Of a stretch of DNA of 64,000 nucleotides, positions 1-9,786 are shown one piece after another. The notes beneath the pieces were generated by a model, which saw only the letters and a program-made list of their open reading frames with translations, was not told where the DNA came from and searched no databases. The position numbers and the translations under genes are program-made. The DNA is from an uncultured Candidatus Saccharibacteria bacterium (GTDB taxonomy: Bacteria; Patescibacteriota; WWE3; UBA101185; UBA10185): assembly GCA_964490125.1 (NCBI GenBank), contig CAZBAJ010000002.1:23011-87010 (forward strand). Reading direction: 5' to 3'. Every line of letters begins with the position of its first letter. Within the stretch, counting starts at the first letter, position 1.

Positions 1-1317
1 TAAAAATAAGACGAGCCCAAAGATTCCGGTTTCTACCAAAATTAGCGCAAAAATATTATGGACGGGCTGGTAAAACCTTGTTAAAACGGGATCGGTGTAA
101 AAAGGCTGGGAGCTGTATGTAAAAGAATTTAAACCCCAACCAAAAAAAGGCTTTTGTAAAAACATTTGGTATGACGCTGTAAGAAGCAGTGCGCGACGGT
201 CGACGGAAAGCTGGGATTGGGTTGAATCGGTCGGCATGAGTTTTAACGCAGGACTTTTTAAAAGCGGAAACGCCAGACCTACTACAACAATCCCCGCGCC
301 AATTAAAATAACGACCGATTTATAAACACCTCCATGTGTCAGAGTCGTTGCACCTATCCCGTCCCCTACATTAGAACCCATACGCCGATGTAAACCTGCT
401 CGTTCGACCAACCAACAACCTAATAAAAACACTCCACCAAAAATCAAACCAACTTGCGCGGTAGTACTTTTTGTCAAAAACACTACATAGACTCCTACAC
501 TAAACAACACTAATCCCACGGCACTTAAAATCAATCGCTTTCCTTCTTGTCGACAAAACCAGCCTGCCAAAAAAGTTAAAGTGACGACAAGGTAACCCGC
601 CAAGATATTTGGGTGCTCAAAAGTTCCGTAGGGTGGGATTTTAACCGCCCCGCCGTAGCTTTCCTTGGCGATAAAGGGCGTGTAAATGTTGTAGGGCTGC
701 TCACCAAAAAATAGATAGTTTTTAAAAACAGCGGACTGGTTAGCAAATTGGGCAGCGCTTAATAAACTTAACAGCAGTAAATTTACGACGATGGAGGAAA
801 AAAACATTTGCCTGACAAGCCTTTTTCTAAATAAATCGGCGGATGTGATAAAAAACACAAGATATAACCCAAGCCGACAGAGAAAATACAACGAGGGAGT
901 CGACCGTCCCGCAAAGAATAAGGAAAACAAGCAAGCGAGCAAAAACAAGAGAACCAGTCTGACGGATACGGTATTCCACCGCGAGCTGATTCGATCGGCA
1001 GATTTGTGGGTCAAACTGGCGAGCGTAACAAAAATAACCAGAATGTCCTGTAAATATAAAGTGGGCACGAGGTAAGGAATCAAAGTACCTTCTAGATAAG
1101 AAGCGCTGATCTCGAAGTGTTTTCCAATATTCCAAGGTAAAATTAAAAACAAAATTATTGAAAGTTTTTCACCTGCCGATTCCTTAGTAAAGTTAATATA
1201 TAAATTCAGTAGTGGTTGTATTAGGTAGTGTGAGTTTGTGGATAGCTTCTGTAGATGCTGTGGGACCAGCTTTGCGACTTTTACAGGATGTTTAAAAAGT
1301 GATTTGTTTTTATTCAT
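1..1317 (-). CDS. O-antigen ligase family (Wzy_C) polytopic membrane protein, 3' end beyond window; start uncertain (ATG at 1317, alternative ATG at 807)
   Basis: Uninterrupted minus-strand frame from the in-frame stop at 1591-1593 down to position 1, not in ORF track because it runs off the edge. Multiple TM helices and the C-terminal motif FGWGLNSF...HNIFALILVETGIFG typical of Wzy_C/WaaL. Confidence 0.5.
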   Translation of the reverse strand, partial: MNKNKSLFKHPVKVAKLVPQHLQKLSTNSHYLIQPLLNLYINFTKESAGEKLSIILFLILPWNIGKHFEISASYLEGTLIPYLVPTLYLQDILVIFVTLASLTHKSADRISSRWNTVSVRLVLLFLLACLFSLFFAGRSTPSLYFLCRLGLYLVFFITSADLFRKRLVRQMFFSSIVVNLLLLSLLSAAQFANQSAVFKNYLFFGEQPYNIYTPFIAKESYGGAVKIPPYGTFEHPNILAGYLVVTLTFLAGWFCRQEGKRLILSAVGLVLFSVGVYVVFLTKSTTAQVGLIFGGVFLLGCWLVERAGLHRRMGSNVGDGIGATTLTHGGVYKSVVILIGAGIVVVGLAFPLLKSPALKLMPTDSTQSQLSVDRRALLLTASYQMFLQKPFFGWGLNSFTYSSQPFYTDPVLTRFYQPVHNIFALILVETGIFGLVLFL

Positions 1318-1397
1318 AGACTTTTTTAGTGTGACAAATTTCCGCCGACTATCCCGTCGCCTTAAAACCTTTGTGCAAAACTTGCCCGTCGATGTGT

Positions 1398-1475
1398 GTA
1401 ATTTTGTGGAAAACTCTCCCAAGTTATCCACAAAACTTATAGAAATCTCTAAAGTTATCCACAATCCAGCTCGTT
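1398..1475. promoter_or_regulatory. oriC DnaA-box cluster downstream of dnaA: perfect TTATCCACA at 1424-1432 and 1455-1463, degenerate TGTGGAAAA at 1403-1411
   Basis: Exact matches to the 9-mer DnaA box consensus in the short intergenic spacer between the dnaA stop and the upstream gene start. Confidence 0.55.
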
Positions 1476-2939
1476 TTAGGCGTAGACCGTTTGCAGGATA
1501 TTTGCGACATCTTGTTGAGTTTTGCTCACCGTTTTTAACTCGTCCTCTACTTTTTTTATACCGTGCAGAATGCTGGTGTGATCCCGTCCGCTAAAAAACT
1601 GGGCAATTGTCATATAAGGTGTTTTTGTAATGTCGTAGATTAAATACATGGCCATGTGTCTTGGTACCACCAAGTCCTGGGTTCTTTTAGTGCCTTTAAC
1701 ATCATCCATTTTTACGCTGTAATAAGTACACACTGCTTTTAGAATTTGGTGTAGGTTTACAGATTTTTTGTTTTGTTCAGGCAGTCTTTGATTAAGCTCT
1801 TTTGCTACAAAGTCCTTAGTGAGTTCCGTATTATTTGCTTTGCTGGCGGTGGAAATTTGCAGGTATGCGCCAAGAAGATCGCGGACATTGGTTTTTACAC
1901 TTAACGCAATGTAATCAACAATGTCGTTGGGAATTTTGTCACCTGCCTCGTCGCGCTTGTTGCGTAAAATTGCCGTTCGCATATCCAAATCGGGCGGTTG
2001 GATGTCCACTATCATCCCGCTTCCAAACCGCGATTTTATTCTGTCTTCCAGATCGGTAAAGTCTTTGGGCGGACGATCGGAGGTTAGCACAATTTGCCTT
2101 TGATTCATGTACAAAGCGTTAAAAGTGTGAAAAAACTCTTCTTGCGTGGAGTCGCGACCGGCAATAAACTGGACATCGTCAATTAAAAGAACATCCGCGG
2201 TTCTGTACTTTTCTCTAAATTTGTTCATAGTGTATTGTCCGCGACCTTTGGAGGTTTGCAGGGCTTCTACCAGCTGGTTAGTAAAATTTTCCCCTGTGCA
2301 GTACACGACTTTTAGGTTAGGTTTGGTCGACAGAATTTCATTGCCTACGGCCTGCATTAAATGGGTTTTACCAAGTCCTACGCCGGAATGAATAAATAGC
2401 GGATTGTAAGTTTCTCCGGGCCTTTCCGCCACGGCTTTTGCTACGGCGTAAGCAAGCTGGTTATTGGAACCCATTAAATAGTTCTCAAACACATACTTGA
2501 CGGAAAGGCCGGCTCCGTTGGTACCCCCACTCCCGTTAGTTTGCATGTTTGCCGTTGGACCTGCTGTCGATTGCTCCTGCCAATCCCCCAGTTTATTCTT
2601 TTTAGGACTTTCCGGCGCTTCCGCTTGGGCAAAGAGCGAACCTTTAGAAAAATCCCGTCTTCCTCCGTCGCCCCCAGTCCCCCCTTGGTCAACCTTACCT
2701 ACCACAAATCCCACAGTTTTATCGCCCATACCACACTTTTTTAAAAACTCCTCTACTACATTTTTAAACGCTTTTTCTACCACACTCACAGCATGACCGT
2801 CCGGGCAGAGGATGTTTACCTCCTTGTCGTGGATTTGCACACCCATTCTTTGCGAGTACATTTTGTATACGCTGGGGTTACCGGCAAGCTCAAGCTCGCT
2901 GGACAATTTTATCCACAAAGATTTTTCCTGATCTGTCAT
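1476..2939 (-). CDS. dnaA: chromosomal replication initiator DnaA
   Basis: 487 aa. AAA+ Walker A (GVGLGKTHL), DnaA domain IV (DLVVPRHMAMYLIYDITKTPYMTIAQFFGGRDHTSILHGIKKV). Gly/Thr-rich low-complexity linker between domains I and III. Confidence 0.9.
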   Translation of the reverse strand: MTDQEKSLWIKLSSELELAGNPSVYKMYSQRMGVQIHDKEVNILCPDGHAVSVVEKAFKNVVEEFLKKCGMGDKTVGFVVGKVDQGGTGGDGGRRDFSKGSLFAQAEAPESPKKNKLGDWQEQSTAGPTANMQTNGSGGTNGAGLSVKYVFENYLMGSNNQLAYAVAKAVAERPGETYNPLFIHSGVGLGKTHLMQAVGNEILSTKPNLKVVYCTGENFTNQLVEALQTSKGRGQYTMNKFREKYRTADVLLIDDVQFIAGRDSTQEEFFHTFNALYMNQRQIVLTSDRPPKDFTDLEDRIKSRFGSGMIVDIQPPDLDMRTAILRNKRDEAGDKIPNDIVDYIALSVKTNVRDLLGAYLQISTASKANNTELTKDFVAKELNQRLPEQNKKSVNLHQILKAVCTYYSVKMDDVKGTKRTQDLVVPRHMAMYLIYDITKTPYMTIAQFFSGRDHTSILHGIKKVEDELKTVSKTQQDVANILQTVYA

Positions 2940-2974
2940 AGTTTTGCGGGTGGGCAGGGTTTTGCTGAAGTTAG

Positions 2975-3025
2975 TTATATATAGTTATCCACAAGGTATC
3001 AAGCAACTTTGGTTATCCAAAACAA
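2975..3025. promoter_or_regulatory. oriC DnaA-box cluster upstream of dnaA: TTATCCACA at 2985-2993, TTATCCAAA at 3013-3021, plus a box at 2909-2917 inside the dnaA 5' end; AT-rich tatatata stretch adjacent
   Basis: Exact or one-mismatch DnaA boxes directly upstream of the dnaA start. Confidence 0.55.
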
Positions 3026-3061
3026 ACTTTCTGCTATGTGTAAAACACCAATAAACATCTG

Positions 3062-3119
3062 CTTGACCCGTCTTGACTCCAGTCAAGAAATAAGATAGAA
3101 TAATTGGGCTGGAGTCAAG
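3062..3119 (+). promoter_or_regulatory. sigma70-like promoter (TTGACT 3073-3078, 17-bp spacer, TAGAAT 3096-3101) overlapped by palindromic half-sites CTTGAC/GTCAAG (3062, 3072-3087, 3111-3118)
   Basis: Read directly. Perfect inverted repeat cttgactccagtcaag and a third half-site gagtcaag between the -10 and the ATG, suggesting an operator. Confidence 0.4.
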
Positions 3120-3121
3120 AT

Positions 3122-4333
3122 ATGCAAAACCTCATAGAGTCGTACAACAAGTTATTAATTGAGCAAACCCCGTTATACAGGCGTAAGTTTTATGCCGATT
3201 TTAAAAAGGATGCTAGGTTTATCGGCATTATTGGTGCCAGGGGTGTTGGTAAAACCACCTTTCTATTAAACTATTTGCGGGAGAATTACAAGGATTCTGA
3301 CCAGGCTTTGTATGTGTCGGCCGACAATTTATATTTTGTAGAACACACGCTTTTAGAAACCGCGGACAAGTTTGTAAAAGAGTACAACGGTCAATTATTG
3401 TGCATTGACGAGGTTCACAAATATAAAAACTGGAATCAGGAATTAAAGAATATTTACGACTCATACCCCAAGCTTTCCGTACTTTTTTCCGGAAGTTCCA
3501 GCATGAGTCTGATTAAAGGACATTACGATCTTTCCAGGCGGGCAATCTTAAAAACCTTGTACGGCTTTTCTTTTAGAGAATACCTAGAGGTGCAAGAAAA
3601 AACAGAGTATCCCGTGCTTACCGTGTCGGACATTATAAAAAACCACACCAAATACGCCAAGGAATTAATGGCAACGCCAAAGCTACTAGGTCATTTTAAG
3701 TCGTACCTAAAACAAGGGTATTTTCCTACATTTATGGAGTTTTTATCTTACGATGCTTACAGAAGCAGTTTGCAAAGCGTTGTGGACAAAACGATTTTTG
3801 AAGACATCAGCTCTTTTTACTCGCTGTATACCTCAAGCCTAGATATTTTTAAGAAAATTTTGTACTTTTTTGCTACTTCGGAACCGGGCGGGGTAAACAT
3901 AAATAAATTGGCGCAAAGTTTGGCTAAAGACAATTCCACAATTTCCGACTACATTCAGATTTTAAAAGAACTGGGGTTGTTAAGGTTTTTGTTGACGAAC
4001 AAGCAAGGTCACGCTTTGGTTAGAAACGCGGAAAAGATTTATTTAGATAACCCCAACCTACTTTATGCTTTAAACGATGAGGCTGGTAGGGATGTTTTAG
4101 CGGGTACCCTGCGGGAACTTTTTGTTATTTCCAGTATTCAAAACTCCGGTGAGCGTGTGTACTTTTCACCGGTAGGGGATGTTGAGTGTGCTGGTCATGT
4201 ATTTGAAATTGGTGGGACGGGCAAGCGGACATCCTCCCTACACGGGGTGCAAAACGGTTTTATTGTTATGGACGACATTTTAATAGGCGATCCCAAGACC
4301 ATTCCTTTGTATCTGTTTGGATTTTTGTCCTAA
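3122..4333 (+). CDS. AAA_14/DUF4143-family ATPase (paralog 1 of 3); track start 3104 is a TTG, ATG at 3122 preferred
   Basis: Walker [10 protein letters not shown], Walker B LLCIDEVH, conserved C-terminal IPLYLFGFL tail shared with the 31243 paralog. Confidence 0.7.
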   Translation: MQNLIESYNKLLIEQTPLYRRKFYADFKKDARFIGIIGARGVGKTTFLLNYLRENYKDSDQALYVSADNLYFVEHTLLETADKFVKEYNGQLLCIDEVHKYKNWNQELKNIYDSYPKLSVLFSGSSSMSLIKGHYDLSRRAILKTLYGFSFREYLEVQEKTEYPVLTVSDIIKNHTKYAKELMATPKLLGHFKSYLKQGYFPTFMEFLSYDAYRSSLQSVVDKTIFEDISSFYSLYTSSLDIFKKILYFFATSEPGGVNINKLAQSLAKDNSTISDYIQILKELGLLRFLLTNKQGHALVRNAEKIYLDNPNLLYALNDEAGRDVLAGTLRELFVISSIQNSGERVYFSPVGDVECAGHVFEIGGTGKRTSSLHGVQNGFIVMDDILIGDPKTIPLYLFGFLS

Positions 4334-4353
4334 TCCTGTATAATAACCACGCT

Positions 4354-4512
4354 ATGCCAAAGACAAAAAGAACATTTCAACCAAAAGTCCGCAAACGAGT
4401 GCGATGCCACGGCTTTATGAAGCGCATGTCCACTACTGGTGGCAAGCGTGTGTTAAAAAGACGGATGTTAAAAGGTCGTAAAGTGCTGGCACGAGAGTTA
4501 AAGAAAAAGTAA
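4354..4512 (+). CDS. rpmH: 50S ribosomal protein L34
   Basis: 52-aa [55 protein letters not shown], below the ORF-track size cutoff. Canonical position upstream of rnpA. Confidence 0.85.
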   Translation: MPKTKRTFQPKVRKRVRCHGFMKRMSTTGGKRVLKRRMLKGRKVLARELKKK

Positions 4513-4593
4513 GATCCTTGTAAACCCGTCGCTCGCAGGCAAGCCGGGCCGGTCATTCACCCAAAATACTGTCAAATATAGTAAACTTTACCC

Positions 4594-4980
4594 ATGCTAC
4601 CAAAGAAAAACAGAATCCATACTCGGTTTGAGTTTGGAAAAGTCAAAAAGTTTGGCGATTCGTACAGGTATCGCTACTTTTACCTTTCCGCTTTGCCCAT
4701 AAGTCGGTTAGAAAAAATCTCAAGAGGTAGGTGGGACATTGGCGGGCAGACGCAGGTGGGTTTTTTAATTTCTAACAAATTTCATAAAAACGCGGTGGTG
4801 CGTAATAGAGTCAAGCGACTTTTTAGGGAGAGCGTCCGCCAAAATTTTGATAGAATACCCAAAGTTACGGTGGGCTGGTGGTTGGTTTTTAACCCCAGAT
4901 TTAGTTGTTTAGGCGCAAGTTATGAAGACATTAATACTGAAGTTGCTAAAGTTCTACAAAAGTTATCTGTCGCCAGGTAG
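4594..4980 (+). CDS. rnpA: ribonuclease P protein component
   Basis: Basic 128-aa protein in the conserved rpmH-rnpA-yidD-yidC order. Confidence 0.7.
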   Translation: MLPKKNRIHTRFEFGKVKKFGDSYRYRYFYLSALPISRLEKISRGRWDIGGQTQVGFLISNKFHKNAVVRNRVKRLFRESVRQNFDRIPKVTVGWWLVFNPRFSCLGASYEDINTEVAKVLQKLSVAR

Positions 4981-5137
4981 GTTTGGGTTAAAGATTTGTC
5001 GGTTTGAACCCAGCTGTTCCAGATACACTTACGAGGCGGTGCAAAAGCATGGAATTGTCAAGGGGCTTTTGCTAGGTGGTTGGCGTGTGTTAAGATGTAA
5101 TCCGTTTAGTAAGGGTGGGTATGATCCTGTGGTTTAG
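4922..5137 (+). CDS. yidD: membrane protein insertion efficiency factor YidD
   Basis: KFYKSYLSPGRFGLKICRFEPSCSRYTYEAVQKHGIVKGLLLGGWRVLRCNPFSKGGYDPV matches the YidD family almost position by position. Overlaps the rnpA 3' end, as is common. Confidence 0.8.
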   Translation: MKTLILKLLKFYKSYLSPGRFGLKICRFEPSCSRYTYEAVQKHGIVKGLLLGGWRVLRCNPFSKGGYDPVV

Positions 5138-5173
5138 GAATTAAATAGTAATTAGATGGGTGGTTTGTGTAAA

Positions 5174-5249
5174 AGCGGGGTAGTTCTAACGAGCGATCCC
5201 GCAGTCCGCCAAAGGCGGACGAGGACCTAGCGAGGTGAACTACCCCGCT
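5174..5249 (+). ncRNA. candidate structured RNA element: perfect 13-bp outer stem (agcggggtagttc / gaactaccccgct) enclosing inner hairpin gtccgcc-aaa-ggcggac
   Basis: GC-rich nested inverted repeats in the yidD-yidC intergenic spacer. No ORF. No match to an RNA family I can name. Confidence 0.3.
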
Positions 5250-5273
5250 TGAAACTAGGACAGGAACTAACAA

Positions 5274-6047
5274 ATGTCAGAACTATGGAACACAGCACTA
5301 ATAAACCCGCTCATGAACGCGATGATTCTGTTGTATCGCTATGTGGGCAACCTGGGCTTGGCAATAATAATCCTATCTTTTTTTGTCCGACTGGTGATGG
5401 TGCCCTTTTTTGTCCCCAACCTAAAAACCGCTAAAAAACAGCGGGATCTTAAGCCGGAGTTGGATGCGCTACGAGAAAAATATAAGCACGACAAAAAAAA
5501 GCAGGCAGAAATGCAGATGGAGCTGTTTAAAAAACACGGCATTAATCCTGCCTCGGGCTGTCTAACCAACATTGTTACATTACTTATTCCCATTGCCCTG
5601 TACGGTGTAATTAACCAGGTTTCCCGGGCGACGGATATTACCGTTATTAACCCCAAACTTTACGCGGATTGGTTGCGGTTTGGCGCAGGCGAACTTTTGA
5701 ATAGTCGTTTCTTGCTGTTTGATATGGCCAAGCCGGACAGAACCTTTATCCTGCCGGTTTTGTGCGCTGTTTTGCAGTTTGCGTCGTCCAAAATGATGTT
5801 GCCCGCCATAAACAAAGCAGAAAAGCTGGCGGACAAAACGCCCCAAAAGTCGGACGATATGATGTACAACATGCAGGAGCAAATGCTGTACATGTTTCCG
5901 GTGATGATGCTGATTTTTGGTTTTAGTTTGCCTGCCGGTGTCATGCTTAATATTTTTGTCAGCACGGTGTTTACTTTAGTCCAAAGCTACTTTGTAATGG
6001 GCTGGGGCGGGCTTACTCCCCTTGTCCAAAAGCTAAAAAAGGCGTAA
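5274..6047 (+). CDS. yidC: membrane protein insertase YidC (short form)
   Basis: 257 aa, 5 TM, Oxa1/YidC core, positioned after yidD. Confidence 0.8.
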   Translation: MSELWNTALINPLMNAMILLYRYVGNLGLAIIILSFFVRLVMVPFFVPNLKTAKKQRDLKPELDALREKYKHDKKKQAEMQMELFKKHGINPASGCLTNIVTLLIPIALYGVINQVSRATDITVINPKLYADWLRFGAGELLNSRFLLFDMAKPDRTFILPVLCAVLQFASSKMMLPAINKAEKLADKTPQKSDDMMYNMQEQMLYMFPVMMLIFGFSLPAGVMLNIFVSTVFTLVQSYFVMGWGGLTPLVQKLKKA

Positions 6048-6065
6048 GTGTGGTAGAATAACGCA

Positions 6066-6512
6066 ATGCAAAAAACTATTTTAGAAAATTTAGTTAAAAC
6101 TACTTTAAATCAGTTGCGGGTTTCGTACGACTGTACAATTAAAGATGCGGACGACGGCGTGCTGGTGAAAATTACCGGTAACGAGCTTAATCATTTAATA
6201 GGTTATCGGGGCGACGCTTTAAATGCGCTCCAGCACTTTTTGAATTCTGCCTATTATAACGGGGCGGGCGAGTATGTTAGAGTGCTTGTGGATATTAACG
6301 GCTATCGCGATCAGCGCAAGGATAAGCTGGAGGACATGGCTAAAAGTTTTATCGACCGCGTGCGGTTTTTTAGTCAGGAAGTAGAAATGCCTCCCATGAA
6401 TCCTAGCGAGCGCAGAATTGTGCACAGCTTTGTTTCCGAGTACGACGATGTGACTAGTGAAAGCGTTGGGGTTGGACGGGACAGACGGGTAGTTCTAAAA
6501 CCTAAGAAATAA
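6066..6512 (+). CDS. khpB: Jag/KhpB RNA-binding protein (KH plus R3H domains)
   Basis: R3H motif ERRIVHSFVSEY. Conserved position after yidC. Confidence 0.7.
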   Translation: MQKTILENLVKTTLNQLRVSYDCTIKDADDGVLVKITGNELNHLIGYRGDALNALQHFLNSAYYNGAGEYVRVLVDINGYRDQRKDKLEDMAKSFIDRVRFFSQEVEMPPMNPSERRIVHSFVSEYDDVTSESVGVGRDRRVVLKPKK

Positions 6513-6526
6513 CAAATAGAAGTTTT

Positions 6527-7657
6527 ATGAAGCTAAAATGCACGCAGGAAAATTTATCCAGGGCGCTTTCCATCGTCAACAAGGCAGTGTCCGTTAAAGC
6601 TACCTTGCCGATTCTTGGTAATATACTTTTTACGGCAAAAGACGGCACCTTTTCTCTAGCGTCGTCCAACTTAGAAACCTCTATTCAAACCACCCTACAC
6701 GCTTCTATTGAGGAGGACGGTGTGGTGGCGGTGCCGGCAAAACTTTTTAACGAATTTGTCACCAGTTTGTTGCCCGGCAATTTGGAATTAATCACGGAAA
6801 AAAATACCATAAAGGTTGTAGCCACGGGTAGTAGCGCCAAGTTTACCTGCATGTCCGCGGAGGACTTCCCCGCAATTCCCGTGGCAAAAAAAGGTGTGGG
6901 GGTAAGTTTAAATGCCAGGGAGTTTAGTTTTGCGGTGCAAGTGTGTTCTTTTTGCGCGGCAACAGGTGATTCCAGACCAGCGCTTACGGGCGTGTTACTT
7001 AAAAAACTTGGGGGCGACTTTGTGGTTGTGGCAACCGACGGTTATAGACTTTCGGAAAAAACTTTAACCCTGGATGAAAATTCCTCCGGTGAGGAGGATT
7101 TTAGCTTGTTGGTTCCGGCAAAAACATTGGGGGAAATTGCCAGAATGTTTGGTACATCGGAGGATACAGTTAAGCTTACTTTTAGCGACTCGGAGAACTT
7201 GGCGGTTTTTGCGTGCGGAAACAGCGTTATTTCTATTAGAATTTTGGACGGTGAGTTTCCTGATTACAAAAAAATAATTCCTGCTAACCACACTTTAACC
7301 GCGCACGCAAAAACCGCCGAACTTTTGCAAGCCATTAAAGTTGCCAATGTTTTTGCCAAAGACTCCAAGGAAGGTAATAACCTTTTGCGACTTACTTTGG
7401 ATCCCTCCGGCAAATGCTTGGTTTATTCCACCACCTCCCAAAGCGGTGAAGGTTCCGTGGATTTAACAATGGTTGTTGATGGTCCGGAACCACAGACGCT
7501 TAATTTTAACTCTAAATATCTGCTGGACTTCTTTAATAATGTAAAATGTGAGGAAGTAGACTTGTTTAGCGGAAGCGAGTCCACCCCCTGCCTTTTTAAG
7601 TCACCCAGCATAGACAACTTTTTGCACCTGATTATGCCCGTCAAACTAAACAACTAA
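6527..7657 (+). CDS. dnaN: DNA polymerase III beta sliding clamp
   Basis: 376 aa with three-domain clamp architecture. N-terminal MKLKCTQENLSRALSIVNKAVS... typical of DnaN. Confidence 0.85.
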   Translation: MKLKCTQENLSRALSIVNKAVSVKATLPILGNILFTAKDGTFSLASSNLETSIQTTLHASIEEDGVVAVPAKLFNEFVTSLLPGNLELITEKNTIKVVATGSSAKFTCMSAEDFPAIPVAKKGVGVSLNAREFSFAVQVCSFCAATGDSRPALTGVLLKKLGGDFVVVATDGYRLSEKTLTLDENSSGEEDFSLLVPAKTLGEIARMFGTSEDTVKLTFSDSENLAVFACGNSVISIRILDGEFPDYKKIIPANHTLTAHAKTAELLQAIKVANVFAKDSKEGNNLLRLTLDPSGKCLVYSTTSQSGEGSVDLTMVVDGPEPQTLNFNSKYLLDFFNNVKCEEVDLFSGSESTPCLFKSPSIDNFLHLIMPVKLNN

Positions 7658-7692
7658 CTTACCAATAAATCCCGTTTATTGTATACGCTGGA

Positions 7693-9780
7693 CTAAATAA
7701 GCGGGGCGGAGTCGCCAATAGGTCTGTAAATCATTTTTTCAGGCGGTTCACCTGACGATGGGTTCGGTTGGGGACTTGTGCCAGATTGGCTTGGGTTTGA
7801 TTGAGGGTTAGAAGTGGGAGGTTGATTAGATCCAATCCCTTGAGAGCTTGATTGACTTCCCTGAACAACGGGTCTTGGTTGACTTGGCTGATTCGCTTGG
7901 CTGGCTTGATACGCCGGCTTAGGTTGGGGTCTGTTTGACGCTTCCAAAATAGCTTTACCGCTAATTAGTCCGCGCTCACGCAATTTTAATAACTCCGCTG
8001 GATTAGTAGTAATTAAATTATGCTCCGCCTCACTAGCTACCACCCTTATAGCCACATGATTCGCACCGGCAAAAAACAGCCCTTCACCCTGTCCAGCGCC
8101 CAGCAAAAGCCGTTTTTCTCCCTCGGACAAATAGAAAGTGTCAGCCACTTTGTCTATGGCGGCCGGGTGCTGTTTAAGCAAAACTTGAATAGACGAGTTA
8201 GTAACAATTGCCTTGCCGTATTCGCTGGTCAAAAAGTCGTCTACATCTTGGGAAATTGTTGTTAAACCCAAATAATACTTGCGCGCCCGCTTGGCAATGC
8301 CGTAAATAAATCGTGCAGAATCTTCGTTTTGCATTAGATACCACGCCTCCTCAACAATTAAAATCCGCTTTTTTAGGTCGCGCCTAATTTTTGTCCAAAT
8401 AAAGTCCAAAATAATATAAAACGCAATGGGGCGCAAAATATCTTCCAAATTTTTGGTAGAAAACACCGTCATTTTGCTATTTAGGTTGACATTAGACTGC
8501 GAGTCAAAAATGCCCGTGAGCGAGCCTTTAATATAGCGTTCTAACCGCTCCGCCATGCCTTTAGCCTCCGGTTCGTCCGCGCCCAGTAAGACTTTGTACA
8601 AGTCCTCCATAACCGGCGGTTCTTTGGACATTTGAGTTTCTGGGTCGGGCGTAATGCCTTTAATACGGTAAGTTTCTATAAGTGCGCGGTCTAAAATAGC
8701 CTCTTCCGCCGACGACATGTCCTTAAAAATTAGTTTTAACAAGGTGTGGAGTGATAAAATCTTTTGACCCAACTCGTTTTCCCCCTCTACGGCAATGTTA
8801 GAAAGGTCAAACGGGTTTATGCGCGACTGCGAGTTGGCGGAAAAGCTAATAAAGTCGCCACCTACCGCCTCACACAGCATTTTGTATTCTTCTTCCACAT
8901 CGATAATAATAATTTCTGACCCAAAGACCAGCGAACGCAAAGCCTCCAGTTTTACAAAATACGACTTTCCTGCGCCGGACTTAGCAAAAATAACCGTGTT
9001 GGCGTTTTCCATGGAGAAGCGGTCAAAAATAATGAGCGACCCGTTGTGACGGTTAATGCCGTACATGATGCCGGTTTCTTGGGTTAAGTCGGACGAAGTA
9101 AACGGAAAGGTTGTGGCAAGGCTGGTGGTGTCCATGTTGCGGGTAATTAGCAACTTGTCCAGCGCGGTAGGTATGGTGGACTGAAAAGCCTGTTCCATTT
9201 GGAGCGTTGCGGTTTTAGAAATAAGGAGAAGCGATCCTAAAGTGCTTTCTACCTTTGATTTTACAGTTTTAAGCTCGTCTAAAGTTTCCGCCGGAATAGT
9301 AATGTAAAAACTAAACTGAAAAAACCGCTCAATACCTTTAACTAATTGTTCCTGTAAAGCGTGAGCATCTTCTAGTGCGGAGGTTACGGTGGGGTCCTCG
9401 ATCTTGCCCCTTTCGCGGTCGGTTCTTACTGTCGCTTCCATTTCTGTAATCTTCTTTTTTAAATCCTCCAATATGCCTTTGGACTTTACGGGGTAGTAGA
9501 ACATAGAAAGATCCAAAGTGTGGTCAAAGTTAATAATGGGCGACAGCCAGTTAGCGCCAACAAACCTTGGATAGCCGGAAACAAACAAGGTGGTGTAATA
9601 ATTTGAGCCAATGCGGATGTGATCAAAATCCACCTCTACGGCGGATGGGGCAATAATATCTTTAATATTAATCATGCCCTTGGCCATATCCTCTGGCGTG
9701 GCTACTTTTTCGTGGTCGACTTTAGGCTTTTGCGCCTCGGTCTGTTTTTTTATATCCTTTTTACCTAATGTAAATTTCAT
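7693..9780 (-). CDS. virB4: VirB4/TrbE/CagE-family type IV secretion ATPase (Gram-positive type), with a Q/S/P-rich low-complexity C-terminal tail
   Basis: Walker A FAKSGAGKSYF, Walker B ILIVEEAW. N-terminal APSAVEVDFDHIRIGSNYYTTLFVSGYP segment characteristic of Gram-positive VirB4 homologs. Confidence 0.7.
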   Translation of the reverse strand: MKFTLGKKDIKKQTEAQKPKVDHEKVATPEDMAKGMINIKDIIAPSAVEVDFDHIRIGSNYYTTLFVSGYPRFVGANWLSPIINFDHTLDLSMFYYPVKSKGILEDLKKKITEMEATVRTDRERGKIEDPTVTSALEDAHALQEQLVKGIERFFQFSFYITIPAETLDELKTVKSKVESTLGSLLLISKTATLQMEQAFQSTIPTALDKLLITRNMDTTSLATTFPFTSSDLTQETGIMYGINRHNGSLIIFDRFSMENANTVIFAKSGAGKSYFVKLEALRSLVFGSEIIIIDVEEEYKMLCEAVGGDFISFSANSQSRINPFDLSNIAVEGENELGQKILSLHTLLKLIFKDMSSAEEAILDRALIETYRIKGITPDPETQMSKEPPVMEDLYKVLLGADEPEAKGMAERLERYIKGSLTGIFDSQSNVNLNSKMTVFSTKNLEDILRPIAFYIILDFIWTKIRRDLKKRILIVEEAWYLMQNEDSARFIYGIAKRARKYYLGLTTISQDVDDFLTSEYGKAIVTNSSIQVLLKQHPAAIDKVADTFYLSEGEKRLLLGAGQGEGLFFAGANHVAIRVVASEAEHNLITTNPAELLKLRERGLISGKAILEASNRPQPKPAYQASQANQPSQPRPVVQGSQSSSQGIGSNQPPTSNPQSNPSQSGTSPQPNPSSGEPPEKMIYRPIGDSAPLI

Positions 9781-9786
9781 GTTAGT

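Noticed and set aside
791-1135. ORFs 791-1075 (+) and 827-1135 (-)
   Set aside because: Both lie inside the long minus-strand O-antigen-ligase-like frame, which has TM-rich sequence, and are out of frame with it or antisense.
1238-1594. 118-aa plus-strand ORF spanning the dnaA 3' end and the DnaA-box cluster
   Set aside because: It overlaps dnaA antisense and the DnaA boxes themselves (…LSTKLIEISKVIHNP translates the boxes). Low-complexity. The true coding frame here is the minus-strand ligase gene, with the boxes in between.
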